From Sulfurimonadaceae bacterium (GTDB taxonomy: Bacteria > Campylobacterota > Campylobacteria > Campylobacterales > Sulfurimonadaceae), in the NCBI GenBank assembly GCA_036171835.1, contig JAVHRU010000043.1, forward strand, positions 1 to 45,793: a stretch of 45,793 bases of DNA. Direction: 5' to 3'. Under the pieces are notes generated by a model that was given only the letters and a program-made list of their open reading frames with translations, made no database searches and was not told the DNA's origin. This document shows, piece after piece, positions 1 through 8,135 of this stretch (the stretch's first letter is position 1; each line of letters opens with the position of its first letter). A program made the position numbers and the translations under genes.

Positions 1-42
1 GATAAAGTATAATTTCCAATATATTAAAAATTAGGATATTTT

Positions 43-879
43 ATGATTAGAAGATGTCTCTTTCCAGCTGCCGGCTATGGCACAAGATTTTTACCTGCGA
101 CAAAAGCGATGCCAAAAGAGATGCTTCCGATTTTAACAAAACCTCTTATCCAGTACGGCGTTGAAGAAGCCATAGAAGCTGGATGTGATGTAATGGCTAT
201 CGTCACAGGACGAGGAAAACGTGCCATCGAAGATCATTTTGATATCTCTTATGAACTTGAACATCAGATCAAAGGAACCTCAAAAGAGCATTATCTCAAT
301 GAAATACGTTCTGTTATCGACAAATGTACTTTTTCTTACACAAGACAAATAGAGATGAAAGGTCTCGGACATGCGATCCTCTCAGGCGAGATCCTCATCG
401 CTGATGAGGCATTTTGCGTTATCCTAGCAGATGACCTTTGTGACAACTCCCATGGAAAAGGGATACTTGCGCAGATGAATGAACTCTATAAAAAATACAG
501 ATGCTGTATCGTCGCTGTCGAAGAGATAGACCCAAAAGACTCTAACAAGTACGGTGTTATCGCTGGGGAAGAGATAGAAGATGGAGTTTTAAGAGTTGAT
601 GATATGGTCGAAAAACCAGATCCAAAAGATGCTCCATCAAACCTTGCTATCATCGGACGTTATATCCTAACTCCTGATATTTTTGATGTTATCAGAGATA
701 CAAAACCAGGAAAAGGTGGCGAGATCCAGATCACAGACGCGCTCTTAGAGATGGCAAAACAGGGCAAAGTGCTCGCCTATAAATTTAAAGGTAAAAGATT
801 TGACTGTGGAAGCGTAGAAGGATTTGTGGAAGCGACAAACTACTTTTTTGAAAAAGAAAAAGACAACTTAAAAGGATGA
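43..879 (+). CDS. galU: UTP-glucose-1-phosphate uridylyltransferase
   Basis: N-terminal PAAGYGTRFLPATKAMPKEMLP, VEKP and GEIQITDA motifs. TATAAT at 8-13 and an AGGA RBS lie upstream. Confidence 0.97.
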   Translation: MIRRCLFPAAGYGTRFLPATKAMPKEMLPILTKPLIQYGVEEAIEAGCDVMAIVTGRGKRAIEDHFDISYELEHQIKGTSKEHYLNEIRSVIDKCTFSYTRQIEMKGLGHAILSGEILIADEAFCVILADDLCDNSHGKGILAQMNELYKKYRCCIVAVEEIDPKDSNKYGVIAGEEIEDGVLRVDDMVEKPDPKDAPSNLAIIGRYILTPDIFDVIRDTKPGKGGEIQITDALLEMAKQGKVLAYKFKGKRFDCGSVEGFVEATNYFFEKEKDNLKG

Positions 880-1118
880 AAATAGACAACCCTTTTGAAT
901 CCGGACAGATAAAAAATTATATTCTTTTTTATATTGCCATCGTTGTTATTATGATACTTTTTTTTATCGCATCTTCTCTTTTTAATGATATCAAGCAAGA
1001 AAAGACAAAAATTTTCGATACGAATGGTACACTTAAAAAAGCACCAGTTTTGCTTGAAGAAAACACTACAAAAGAGAAAAGATCTCCTGTAGTTCTTATG
1101 AAAAAAGATGTGTATTAA
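876..1118 (+). CDS. small hypothetical membrane-anchored protein
   Basis: ATGA overlap with the galU stop and an AAAGG RBS. One hydrophobic helix (YILFYIAIVVIMILFFIA) is followed by a charged tail. Confidence 0.65.
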   Translation: MKIDNPFESGQIKNYILFYIAIVVIMILFFIASSLFNDIKQEKTKIFDTNGTLKKAPVLLEENTTKEKRSPVVLMKKDVY

Positions 1119-1125
1119 GCGTTTT

Positions 1126-1506
1126 TTAGTCTTTCGTCACGATATAAAGCTGTTCGTGATTGAGGCGTTTTAAGATATTCATCACACTCACAAAATCCTG
1201 AAATCTCGACTCTTTATCACTTCTGAGTACAACAACTTGACTTTGAGGGATAGCGGAGAGTTTTTGCTCCAACTCCTCGACACTTACTTTCCCTTTATCA
1301 TAGTAGATCTCACCTTTGGAATTCACATAGATAGCGACCTCTTTTTGTTGCTCATTTTTCTCACTGGCTTTTGCGCTTGGGAGATCGACCGGAATGATTC
1401 CCTGTTTCACAAAAGTTGCAGTGGTGAGAACCATAACAAGAAGTACAAGCATAATGTCGATAAAGGGGATAACATTTATCTGATCAAACCTTTTTCTTGG
1501 ACGCAT
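1126..1506 (-). CDS. exbD: TonB-system biopolymer transport protein ExbD
   Basis: INVIPFIDIMLVLL transmembrane motif, VDLP, and LRSDKESRFQDFVSVM. Confidence 0.93.
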   Translation of the reverse strand: MRPRKRFDQINVIPFIDIMLVLLVMVLTTATFVKQGIIPVDLPSAKASEKNEQQKEVAIYVNSKGEIYYDKGKVSVEELEQKLSAIPQSQVVVLRSDKESRFQDFVSVMNILKRLNHEQLYIVTKD

Positions 1507-1956
1507 CTATTTTTTCGCTTCTTGAGCAATGTCAAATTTTACGACAATCTTTTCCATCTTACGAAGTAAAATCGTATAAAACGAGATAGCCGGAATCGCC
1601 ACGACAAGTCCTAAAGCCGTAGCTTTAAGAGCGAGGGCAAGACCCATCATGATCTTTTTAGCATCCACAGCACCGATATCGCCAAGAGAGTAAAAAGTCA
1701 ACATAATCCCGATAACTGTTCCTAAAAGTCCAACATAAGGAGCATTTGCACCTATTGCACTGATAGTCGCAAGGTTATCACTGAGATCGAGTTCCAGCGC
1801 ATCTTTGTTCTCATAATCATCTAGTCTCACAGTTTTATAAAACATCTGTCTTTCGATAAAAAGCCAAAGCGTCACAACACTCATCAGTAAAAGAATTCCC
1901 ATAATCCCATAATCAAGTGCATTTTCAGCGTAACTTATAAAATCCGAATTTTCCAT
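1507..1956 (-). CDS. exbB: TonB-system energizer ExbB (short form)
   Basis: MotA/TolQ/ExbB motifs APYVGLLGTVIGIM and ALKATALGLVVAIP. Start moved to the ATG at 1956, which forms a TAATG overlap with the kinase stop. Confidence 0.92.
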   Translation of the reverse strand: MENSDFISYAENALDYGIMGILLLMSVVTLWLFIERQMFYKTVRLDDYENKDALELDLSDNLATISAIGANAPYVGLLGTVIGIMLTFYSLGDIGAVDAKKIMMGLALALKATALGLVVAIPAISFYTILLRKMEKIVVKFDIAQEAKK

Positions 1957-2786
1957 TAACAACCTTTAAAGTCTAAAAATATTGTCGTACCCTGCTCTTT
2001 TTTCGACTCGATATTAAGTCTAATGCGGTTTGTATCGCAAAATCTTTTTACCATAGAAAGACCTATCCCAAAGCCCGGCATAGAATCATCACTTTGATAA
2101 TATCTGTCAAAAATACGCAGTAAAATAACCTCATCAATACCAACTCCATGATCTTTAATACTCAGTATTCCATTATGAAGATGAAGTTCTATCTTCTTTG
2201 GTTCCTCTGAGTATTTCACACCGTTATCGATAAGATTGTCTATTACTTTTGCTAGCCCAATTTTATCCATATTTATAGCAAAACTTTCCAAATCAGAAGT
2301 AAACTGTGCACCGCTGTAAAGACTACCTAAAAAGGAAACTCTCTCATACACTAAATCTTTGAGATCAAATCTTTGGCGTACCTCTTTTTTTGTCTGTTTT
2401 TTTATCATGTAATCGAGTTCACTATACCTATGGGCTAGCATATCACAGGCTGTTTTAATGCGTGAGAGTCGCTTCAATGTTTTTTCATCTGAGTTATTTT
2501 TTTCTATCATATCGACATTAGTTTTTATCGTCGCGATAGGAAGATTGAGTTCATGCAGTGTTTCATTAGAAAGCTCTTCAAGGTTTGTCACATACTCTTC
2601 AAGCGGTTCTATAGCAAACTTGGAGATCACAACGCCCGAGATGATGACAAGTACAAAAAAGATAAAAGCCAAGAGATAAAGTTCATCAAATTTCTGCACA
2701 TCTTTAATGTAGTAAAAACTCACACCAAAAAGAGTAACAGTGATAAAGTAGTATAAAAATATATAACGTCTAAGATTGTAAAACAA
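1956..2786 (-). CDS. two-component sensor histidine kinase
   Basis: Two N-terminal TM helices, H-box TLHELNLPI, N-box NLIDNGVKYS, G1 DHGVGI, G2 GFGIGL. Confidence 0.92.
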   Translation of the reverse strand: MFYNLRRYIFLYYFITVTLFGVSFYYIKDVQKFDELYLLAFIFFVLVIISGVVISKFAIEPLEEYVTNLEELSNETLHELNLPIATIKTNVDMIEKNNSDEKTLKRLSRIKTACDMLAHRYSELDYMIKKQTKKEVRQRFDLKDLVYERVSFLGSLYSGAQFTSDLESFAINMDKIGLAKVIDNLIDNGVKYSEEPKKIELHLHNGILSIKDHGVGIDEVILLRIFDRYYQSDDSMPGFGIGLSMVKRFCDTNRIRLNIESKKEQGTTIFLDFKGC

Positions 2787-3432
2787 GACGGTAGCCCACA
2801 GCGCGGATATTTTCTATCATCGCCTCATCCAAAAAATGTTTTAGTCGGTTGATATAAACACGGATAGCTCCATCGCTCACATCTTCACTGCTGTGCCAAA
2901 GCTCTTCTAGGATCATCTCTTTTGTAACCACTTGATTGACATTTTTTATAAAAAGAGCGAGAAGAAGATACTCTTTTTGCGAAAGATCAAGTTCCACCTC
3001 TTTATAAAAAATGCGTTTTCTTTTTTTATCATGACAAAGCCCGCTGATACACTCATTTGTATCGCCGTTTGTACGTTTGAGAACCGCTTTTATGCGTAAA
3101 AGAAGTTCATATGAGTCGAAAGGTTTTTGGATGTAATCATCTGCTCCAGATTCAAATCCTTCACAAATTTTCTCTTTTTCTTTATGAGAAGTCAAAAAGA
3201 TTGCGGGAGTTTTATCATCGGCATTTCGCAGGGAACGGAGGATATCGAGACCGTTTATCATAGGTACATTGATATCTAAAAGATAAAGATCAAAACGCTC
3301 TTTAAAGGTGATATCTAACACTTCCTGCCCATTCTTACAGTAAGTCACAGCGTGATCTTCCTCTTCAAGAAGATCCACAAGTGTCTCACCTAAGAGAGCA
3401 TCATCTTCTAAGAGAAGAATTTTATTCGACAC
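2770..3432 (-). CDS. OmpR-family response regulator
   Basis: Receiver motifs LLEDD, LLDINVP and GADDYIQKPF, with a winged-helix C-terminus (VYINRLK...ENIRAVGY). Confidence 0.93.
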   Translation of the reverse strand: MSNKILLLEDDALLGETLVDLLEEEDHAVTYCKNGQEVLDITFKERFDLYLLDINVPMINGLDILRSLRNADDKTPAIFLTSHKEKEKICEGFESGADDYIQKPFDSYELLLRIKAVLKRTNGDTNECISGLCHDKKRKRIFYKEVELDLSQKEYLLLALFIKNVNQVVTKEMILEELWHSSEDVSDGAIRVYINRLKHFLDEAMIENIRAVGYRLVLQS

Positions 3433-4429
3433 TTTGTATCGACCAGCCTATAGTTTCTCCTGCGTACATTGGTACAACATGAGAGTAGTTTTCAGGAACT
3501 ACAAAAGGCACTTTTTCCAATACAATCTCTTTAAACTCAGGGCAGATTCCATAAATGATCTGGGCATTGTCGCTTATAAAACTTTGCAGATTATCTAACG
3601 CATCATGCTTTTCAAACACTTCACATAAAAGTTGCAAAGCGATAGGTGCCGTAAAGACACCAGCCGCACAGCCACATGACTCTTTTTTATGCTGAGGATG
3701 CGGCGCTGAGTCTGAACCAAACATCACTTTTGGATGTGCCTCGAGAGCAACTTTCAAAAGTGCGTCTCTGTCTTCTGGACGTTTTGCGATAGGCTTACAG
3801 AAAAGATGCGGTTTCATCATCCCACCTACAACATCATCAAGGGTAATGATAAGATGATGAATCGTGATAGTCGCATAAAGGTTTTTATGTTTGTCTAGCA
3901 TATCAACAGCCGCTTTAGTCGTGATATGTTCCATGACGATTTTCAGATCCGGAAAGTTTGTCGCTAGGAGTTCGTAGATGCTCATAAACTCCGCTTCCCT
4001 GTCCATCACAAAACCATCTGTTTCACCGTGGATACAAAGAGGAATGCCTAGATCACTCATCGCGCTCAAGGTTGGTCTCATTGCTTCAACATCAAAAGAT
4101 GTTACTCCGCCCTCAGAATTCGTCGTAATGCCTGCAGGATAGAGTTTGATAGCTAAGATCTCATCCACTATGCTTTCTAAAAACTTTTTGTCATAGTTTT
4201 GATAAAAGATGGTCATGTAAGGTTCAAAATAGTCATTTGGCACTGCCACCATAATGCGCTCTTTATAAGCGATAAGCTCCTCTTTTGTAGTCACAGGAGG
4301 CACAAGATTTGGCATCACCAAACCTCCGCTAAAACTGTATGCGCTAAGGGGCGCGATGTTTTCAAGCATCACCCCATCGCGAAGATGAAGGTGCATATCT
4401 AGTGGCATTAAAAGAGTATGAGTTTTCAT
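3422..4429 (-). CDS. pyrC: dihydroorotase (type II)
   Basis: DMHLHLRDG, VMPNL, KLYPAGITTNS, MEHITT and GSDSAPH motifs. Confidence 0.96.
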   Translation of the reverse strand: MKTHTLLMPLDMHLHLRDGVMLENIAPLSAYSFSGGLVMPNLVPPVTTKEELIAYKERIMVAVPNDYFEPYMTIFYQNYDKKFLESIVDEILAIKLYPAGITTNSEGGVTSFDVEAMRPTLSAMSDLGIPLCIHGETDGFVMDREAEFMSIYELLATNFPDLKIVMEHITTKAAVDMLDKHKNLYATITIHHLIITLDDVVGGMMKPHLFCKPIAKRPEDRDALLKVALEAHPKVMFGSDSAPHPQHKKESCGCAAGVFTAPIALQLLCEVFEKHDALDNLQSFISDNAQIIYGICPEFKEIVLEKVPFVVPENYSHVVPMYAGETIGWSIQSVE

Positions 4430-4477
4430 AAATTTCCTTGTTTTATTGTAGGTCTAAAGTATAGCAAAAATAAAATT

Positions 4478-4786
4478 TTAGACAGCAAAAACTCTAAAAA
4501 ACCACATTGAAAAGGTTGAAACAAAGATCGCTAAAGTCAAGTATGGCAGATATTTGTAGATATGCGTAAGTCCAAATATCGGTTTGCCCTCCACAAAAAC
4601 TCCAATCTGAATAGCAGTAATCATAAATGAAACAAGAGTAGCAAAGATAAAGATAAACGGAACAAACAAATACCACTCTACATGTAAGACACCAGAAAGC
4701 AAAATAGGCGCAAGTTTAAAAGATTTGGGTAAAAAGTGGTTTGCATTTTCTAAGTTTGAGATGAGCACTTTAGATATTTTGAACAA
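4478..4786 (-). CDS. hypothetical small membrane protein (start uncertain)
   Basis: ORF fills the gap between lipoprotein and pyrC and has two hydrophobic stretches. TTG start, no clear RBS, family not recognised. Confidence 0.4.
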   Translation of the reverse strand: MFKISKVLISNLENANHFLPKSFKLAPILLSGVLHVEWYLFVPFIFIFATLVSFMITAIQIGVFVEGKPIFGLTHIYKYLPYLTLAIFVSTFSMWFFRVFAV

Positions 4787-4804
4787 ATTGAAGTGAGACG
4801 CCTA

Positions 4805-5773
4805 CTACAAAATATCCCGCACGCTCTGCTTAAACTTGATAGCGACATCTTGTTTTGCGACCTCGTTTCCTTGTGATGACTGACCTATGATATCGACTTT
4901 TTTACTGAGCACTATCTGGTTTTTACTATCTCGCATGTCAATATTTATGGCAGATCTTGCAAGGTTAAATCCGTAAGCGTGAGTAAACACGGTGTTGGAT
5001 GTGATGCTTACATGTAAGTGATATCTATCCTCTTTTTGAGCGATAGCAAATCCTCTATCACTCAAGATGGATTTGAGAGGATCGATGAGATTTTGGCTTT
5101 CACTATCGGCTGTGACACTAAAAGTGATGTTTGATTTTAGAGTGCTAAAACTCTTTTTTAAAGAGCTGATCTCTGAGAGTATATATCCATCATCAAACGA
5201 AGGTCTTAACACTTTAAGCACAATGGATTTATAAAGCAAGTCATCACTGATATATAAAGCATGTTCATAAAAGTAAAACTGTTCTAAAATATTTGCCGAC
5301 TTGCTTGTGGACTCATCATTTTTAAGTAAAGCAATTGTTTTGTCTGTTTCATCTTTGAGGCTGTTAAAGAGTGCCGCTTTGTCTGCTTTTACAAGTACGG
5401 CGTAACTGTTAAAACCGATTTTTTCACTCTCAATAACTTCATAATTACTTAGTCGTATCTCTTTTACATGTAAGGCGATTTTTTGCTCATCGTCTCTTGT
5501 ATAGTTTTCGACTCCATTATAATTATGCACCGTTGTATCCGATGTTAACTTTGATTTTACCGATACACTCAAAGTAGAAGCGATGGAGTTTAACCCATTT
5601 GCAAGAGCATTCTCTTTATCTTTCCCTTCGCCCACACCATAAAGCGATGAAGCATCTGCGGGAGGATTTGTCATCCACACAGGCTGTGGTTTTTGCGCCA
5701 CTTCAACAGTCGGCGGTTTTGAGCATCCAACAAACAAAAGTAAAACTGCGATAAAGATCCAAAAAAGTTTCAT
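4805..5773 (-). CDS. LPP20-family lipoprotein
   Basis: Lipobox LFVG|C. P-x-W followed by LYGVGEG...ALANGLNSIASTLSVSVKS resembles an LPP20 domain. Confidence 0.75.
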   Translation of the reverse strand: MKLFWIFIAVLLLFVGCSKPPTVEVAQKPQPVWMTNPPADASSLYGVGEGKDKENALANGLNSIASTLSVSVKSKLTSDTTVHNYNGVENYTRDDEQKIALHVKEIRLSNYEVIESEKIGFNSYAVLVKADKAALFNSLKDETDKTIALLKNDESTSKSANILEQFYFYEHALYISDDLLYKSIVLKVLRPSFDDGYILSEISSLKKSFSTLKSNITFSVTADSESQNLIDPLKSILSDRGFAIAQKEDRYHLHVSITSNTVFTHAYGFNLARSAINIDMRDSKNQIVLSKKVDIIGQSSQGNEVAKQDVAIKFKQSVRDIL

Positions 5774-5781
5774 AGCTATTT

Positions 5782-6771
5782 CTACTTTTTATTTATCTGA
5801 GTAAGCGCTTGTCTGTTTTGCTCTATGGTACTATCGATATGGTTGATCGCGACATTTATTTGCTCAATTGGTTTAATACTCAGACTATCTGCCTTCATAT
5901 ACAAGGCTTTAGCTTCAGCATATTTACCCTGCGCTTCTTTAACCACACCAAGATCATAAAGCGGAACGTAACTTCTCTCAGCCGTAGAGTCGATAAGCTG
6001 TGTCAACAAAGTCTCTGCCTTGTCAAATCTGTTTTGCTTGATATATTCCAAAGAGTTTTTTAGCAACACTTTTTGTCTGTCACTGTAGTCAATATCTGCA
6101 TCTTCTAAAAGCTCTACATTAAAATAAACATAGTGCGGAGCGAGCTTTGAAACAAACTCTTCGCTGATATCTTCAGCTAGACCTTGAGCAGCCATAGACA
6201 AAGAGGGAATCAATCTTGAATCATCATCACAATGTGTCCATGAGCCGCTTCTAGTGAGAGTATCAGCATAGATAATATCACCTCTGGCCGTATCTACCAT
6301 CCTGATCTCTGCCGTGAGTGAAGCAACAGCTCTTGTACAGAAAACACGAACTTCCCAACATCTGTCTTTATTACATTTTATACGTTTTTCATAAAAATTG
6401 GTGTCTTGCATAGAAGGACGTGACACATCTCCGGAGATGATCGCCTGCGCACCTATGACATGTCCCATTTGCACTGCAGTCGTGGGATCGATAAGACCGC
6501 TATTTTGAATCTTTTGTTCATCCAAGATTTGATCAAAATCTTTTCTGCTTATAGTTGTAAAATAGTTATTTCCATCCACTCTGCTTTGGGCTATCTTTGC
6601 TTCGATTTTGCCAGAAAGATTGACTCTGTCATTTAAAAAATCAACAACCGAGATCTTCTTAGTATCTGCAGCACGTGCAATTTGTGCCGGCTGAAGGGCT
6701 CTGATTTCTACTTTTTGTGCACATCCGCTAAATAAAACTGCGATGCCTAAAACTGTCAACATAAGCTTCAT
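5782..6771 (-). CDS. CsgG/HfaB-like lipoprotein with C-terminal TPR helices
   Basis: Lipobox LFSG|C. ISVVDF, RKDFDQILDEQK, GAQAIISG and RMVDTARGDII fit a CsgG-like fold, and YDLGVVKEAQGKYAEAKALY is TPR-like. Confidence 0.72.
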   Translation of the reverse strand: MKLMLTVLGIAVLFSGCAQKVEIRALQPAQIARAADTKKISVVDFLNDRVNLSGKIEAKIAQSRVDGNNYFTTISRKDFDQILDEQKIQNSGLIDPTTAVQMGHVIGAQAIISGDVSRPSMQDTNFYEKRIKCNKDRCWEVRVFCTRAVASLTAEIRMVDTARGDIIYADTLTRSGSWTHCDDDSRLIPSLSMAAQGLAEDISEEFVSKLAPHYVYFNVELLEDADIDYSDRQKVLLKNSLEYIKQNRFDKAETLLTQLIDSTAERSYVPLYDLGVVKEAQGKYAEAKALYMKADSLSIKPIEQINVAINHIDSTIEQNRQALTQINKK

Positions 6772-8126
6772 AAAGATCTCTTTGCTTCTATGATCAGTGC
6801 GTTTAAAACTCTTTCATAAAGCTCTGCATCTTCTTTACATGTAGACTCAAAACGAGTCACTAAAATCGGTGTCGTATTACTCGCGCGTACAAGTCCCCAC
6901 CCTGTATCAAAGATCACACGAACGCCATCAACATCTATGATATCTTTGATATGAGGAAAATCTATAGGAGGGTTTTGCAGTAAAACTTTCAGTCTGTCGA
7001 TGATAAGAAACTTCTCTTTTTCCGTCGTTTCGACTTTGATCTCTTCTGTGGAAAACACCTCTGGAAGCTTTGCAAGTTCTGCGTCAAGATCCATGCCATC
7101 GTGGATGAGTTCAAGCATGCGAAGAGTTGCGTAGATCGCATCATCATATCCGAAGTAACGGTTTTTGAAAAACACATGTCCACTGACTTCACATGCCAAG
7201 TCCGCGCCAACTTCTTTCATCTTCACTTTAAGATTTGAGTGTCCTGTTTTATACATGATCGCCGTGCCACCGCGACGTTCTAGTTCATCATACATCACTT
7301 GAGAACATTTCACCTCGCCTACGACTACTGGATTTGTCATCTTCATCGAATACAAAAGCGCCATCATATCGCCTTTGATATTGTTCTTATGCGTCAAAAC
7401 AGCAATGCGGTCAGCATCTCCATCATAAGCAAAAGCGATATCGCCCTCTTTTTCCAGAAGTTTCTTGATATCTTCAAGGTTGTGTTCATCTGAGGGGTCT
7501 GGATGATGGTTTGGAAAAGTACCGTCTGGATCGATGTAGATTCCCTTAGCATTTAACCCGAGACCGCCGAATATTTTCTCCGTCACGATTCCAGCTACAC
7601 CGTTTCCGCAGTCATAAACGATACGCTCTTTCATGCCGCGAAGATGAGTAAATTCTTTAAGCATAAAATCCACATAACGGCTTACTGCGTCTATCTCTAT
7701 TACATCGCGAGCAACTGTTTGCGGCATTGGCATCGTTTCTATTTCACGTCCGAGTGCATAAATATCTTCACCAAAAAACGGCGCTTTATCGACTGTGATC
7801 TTAAAGCCGTTATATTCGCTAGGATTGTGTGAACCGGTGATCATCACAGACGCGTCTGGCGTGATGCCATCCCACTCTTGAAAAGAAGTAAAGTAGTTTA
7901 CAGGCGTCGGCACCATCGCCATATCAAGCACAGTTTTTCCACCAGCGTTGAGTCCACGAACCAAATACTCAAAAAGAATAGGTGAATGACTTCTGGCGTC
8001 ATATCCTACAGAGACATACTTCCCTTCTATGCGACTTGCAAGTCCATAACCAATACGCACAACACTTGCTTCATTGAGCTCTTTTTCAAAAATTCCTCGT
8101 ATATCATACTCTCTATAAATGCTCAT
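6768..8126 (-). CDS. phosphomannomutase/phosphoglucomutase (AlgC-like)
   Basis: YDIRG, active-site TGSHNP, metal loop DGDADR, EVSGH and RASNT. Confidence 0.95.
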   Translation of the reverse strand: MSIYREYDIRGIFEKELNEASVVRIGYGLASRIEGKYVSVGYDARSHSPILFEYLVRGLNAGGKTVLDMAMVPTPVNYFTSFQEWDGITPDASVMITGSHNPSEYNGFKITVDKAPFFGEDIYALGREIETMPMPQTVARDVIEIDAVSRYVDFMLKEFTHLRGMKERIVYDCGNGVAGIVTEKIFGGLGLNAKGIYIDPDGTFPNHHPDPSDEHNLEDIKKLLEKEGDIAFAYDGDADRIAVLTHKNNIKGDMMALLYSMKMTNPVVVGEVKCSQVMYDELERRGGTAIMYKTGHSNLKVKMKEVGADLACEVSGHVFFKNRYFGYDDAIYATLRMLELIHDGMDLDAELAKLPEVFSTEEIKVETTEKEKFLIIDRLKVLLQNPPIDFPHIKDIIDVDGVRVIFDTGWGLVRASNTTPILVTRFESTCKEDAELYERVLNALIIEAKRSL

Positions 8127-8135
8127 ATTTTCTCC

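Noticed and set aside
5782-6771. Curli secretion system
   Set aside because: Only a CsgG-like fold is present, with no csgA/B/E/F-like genes in the window.
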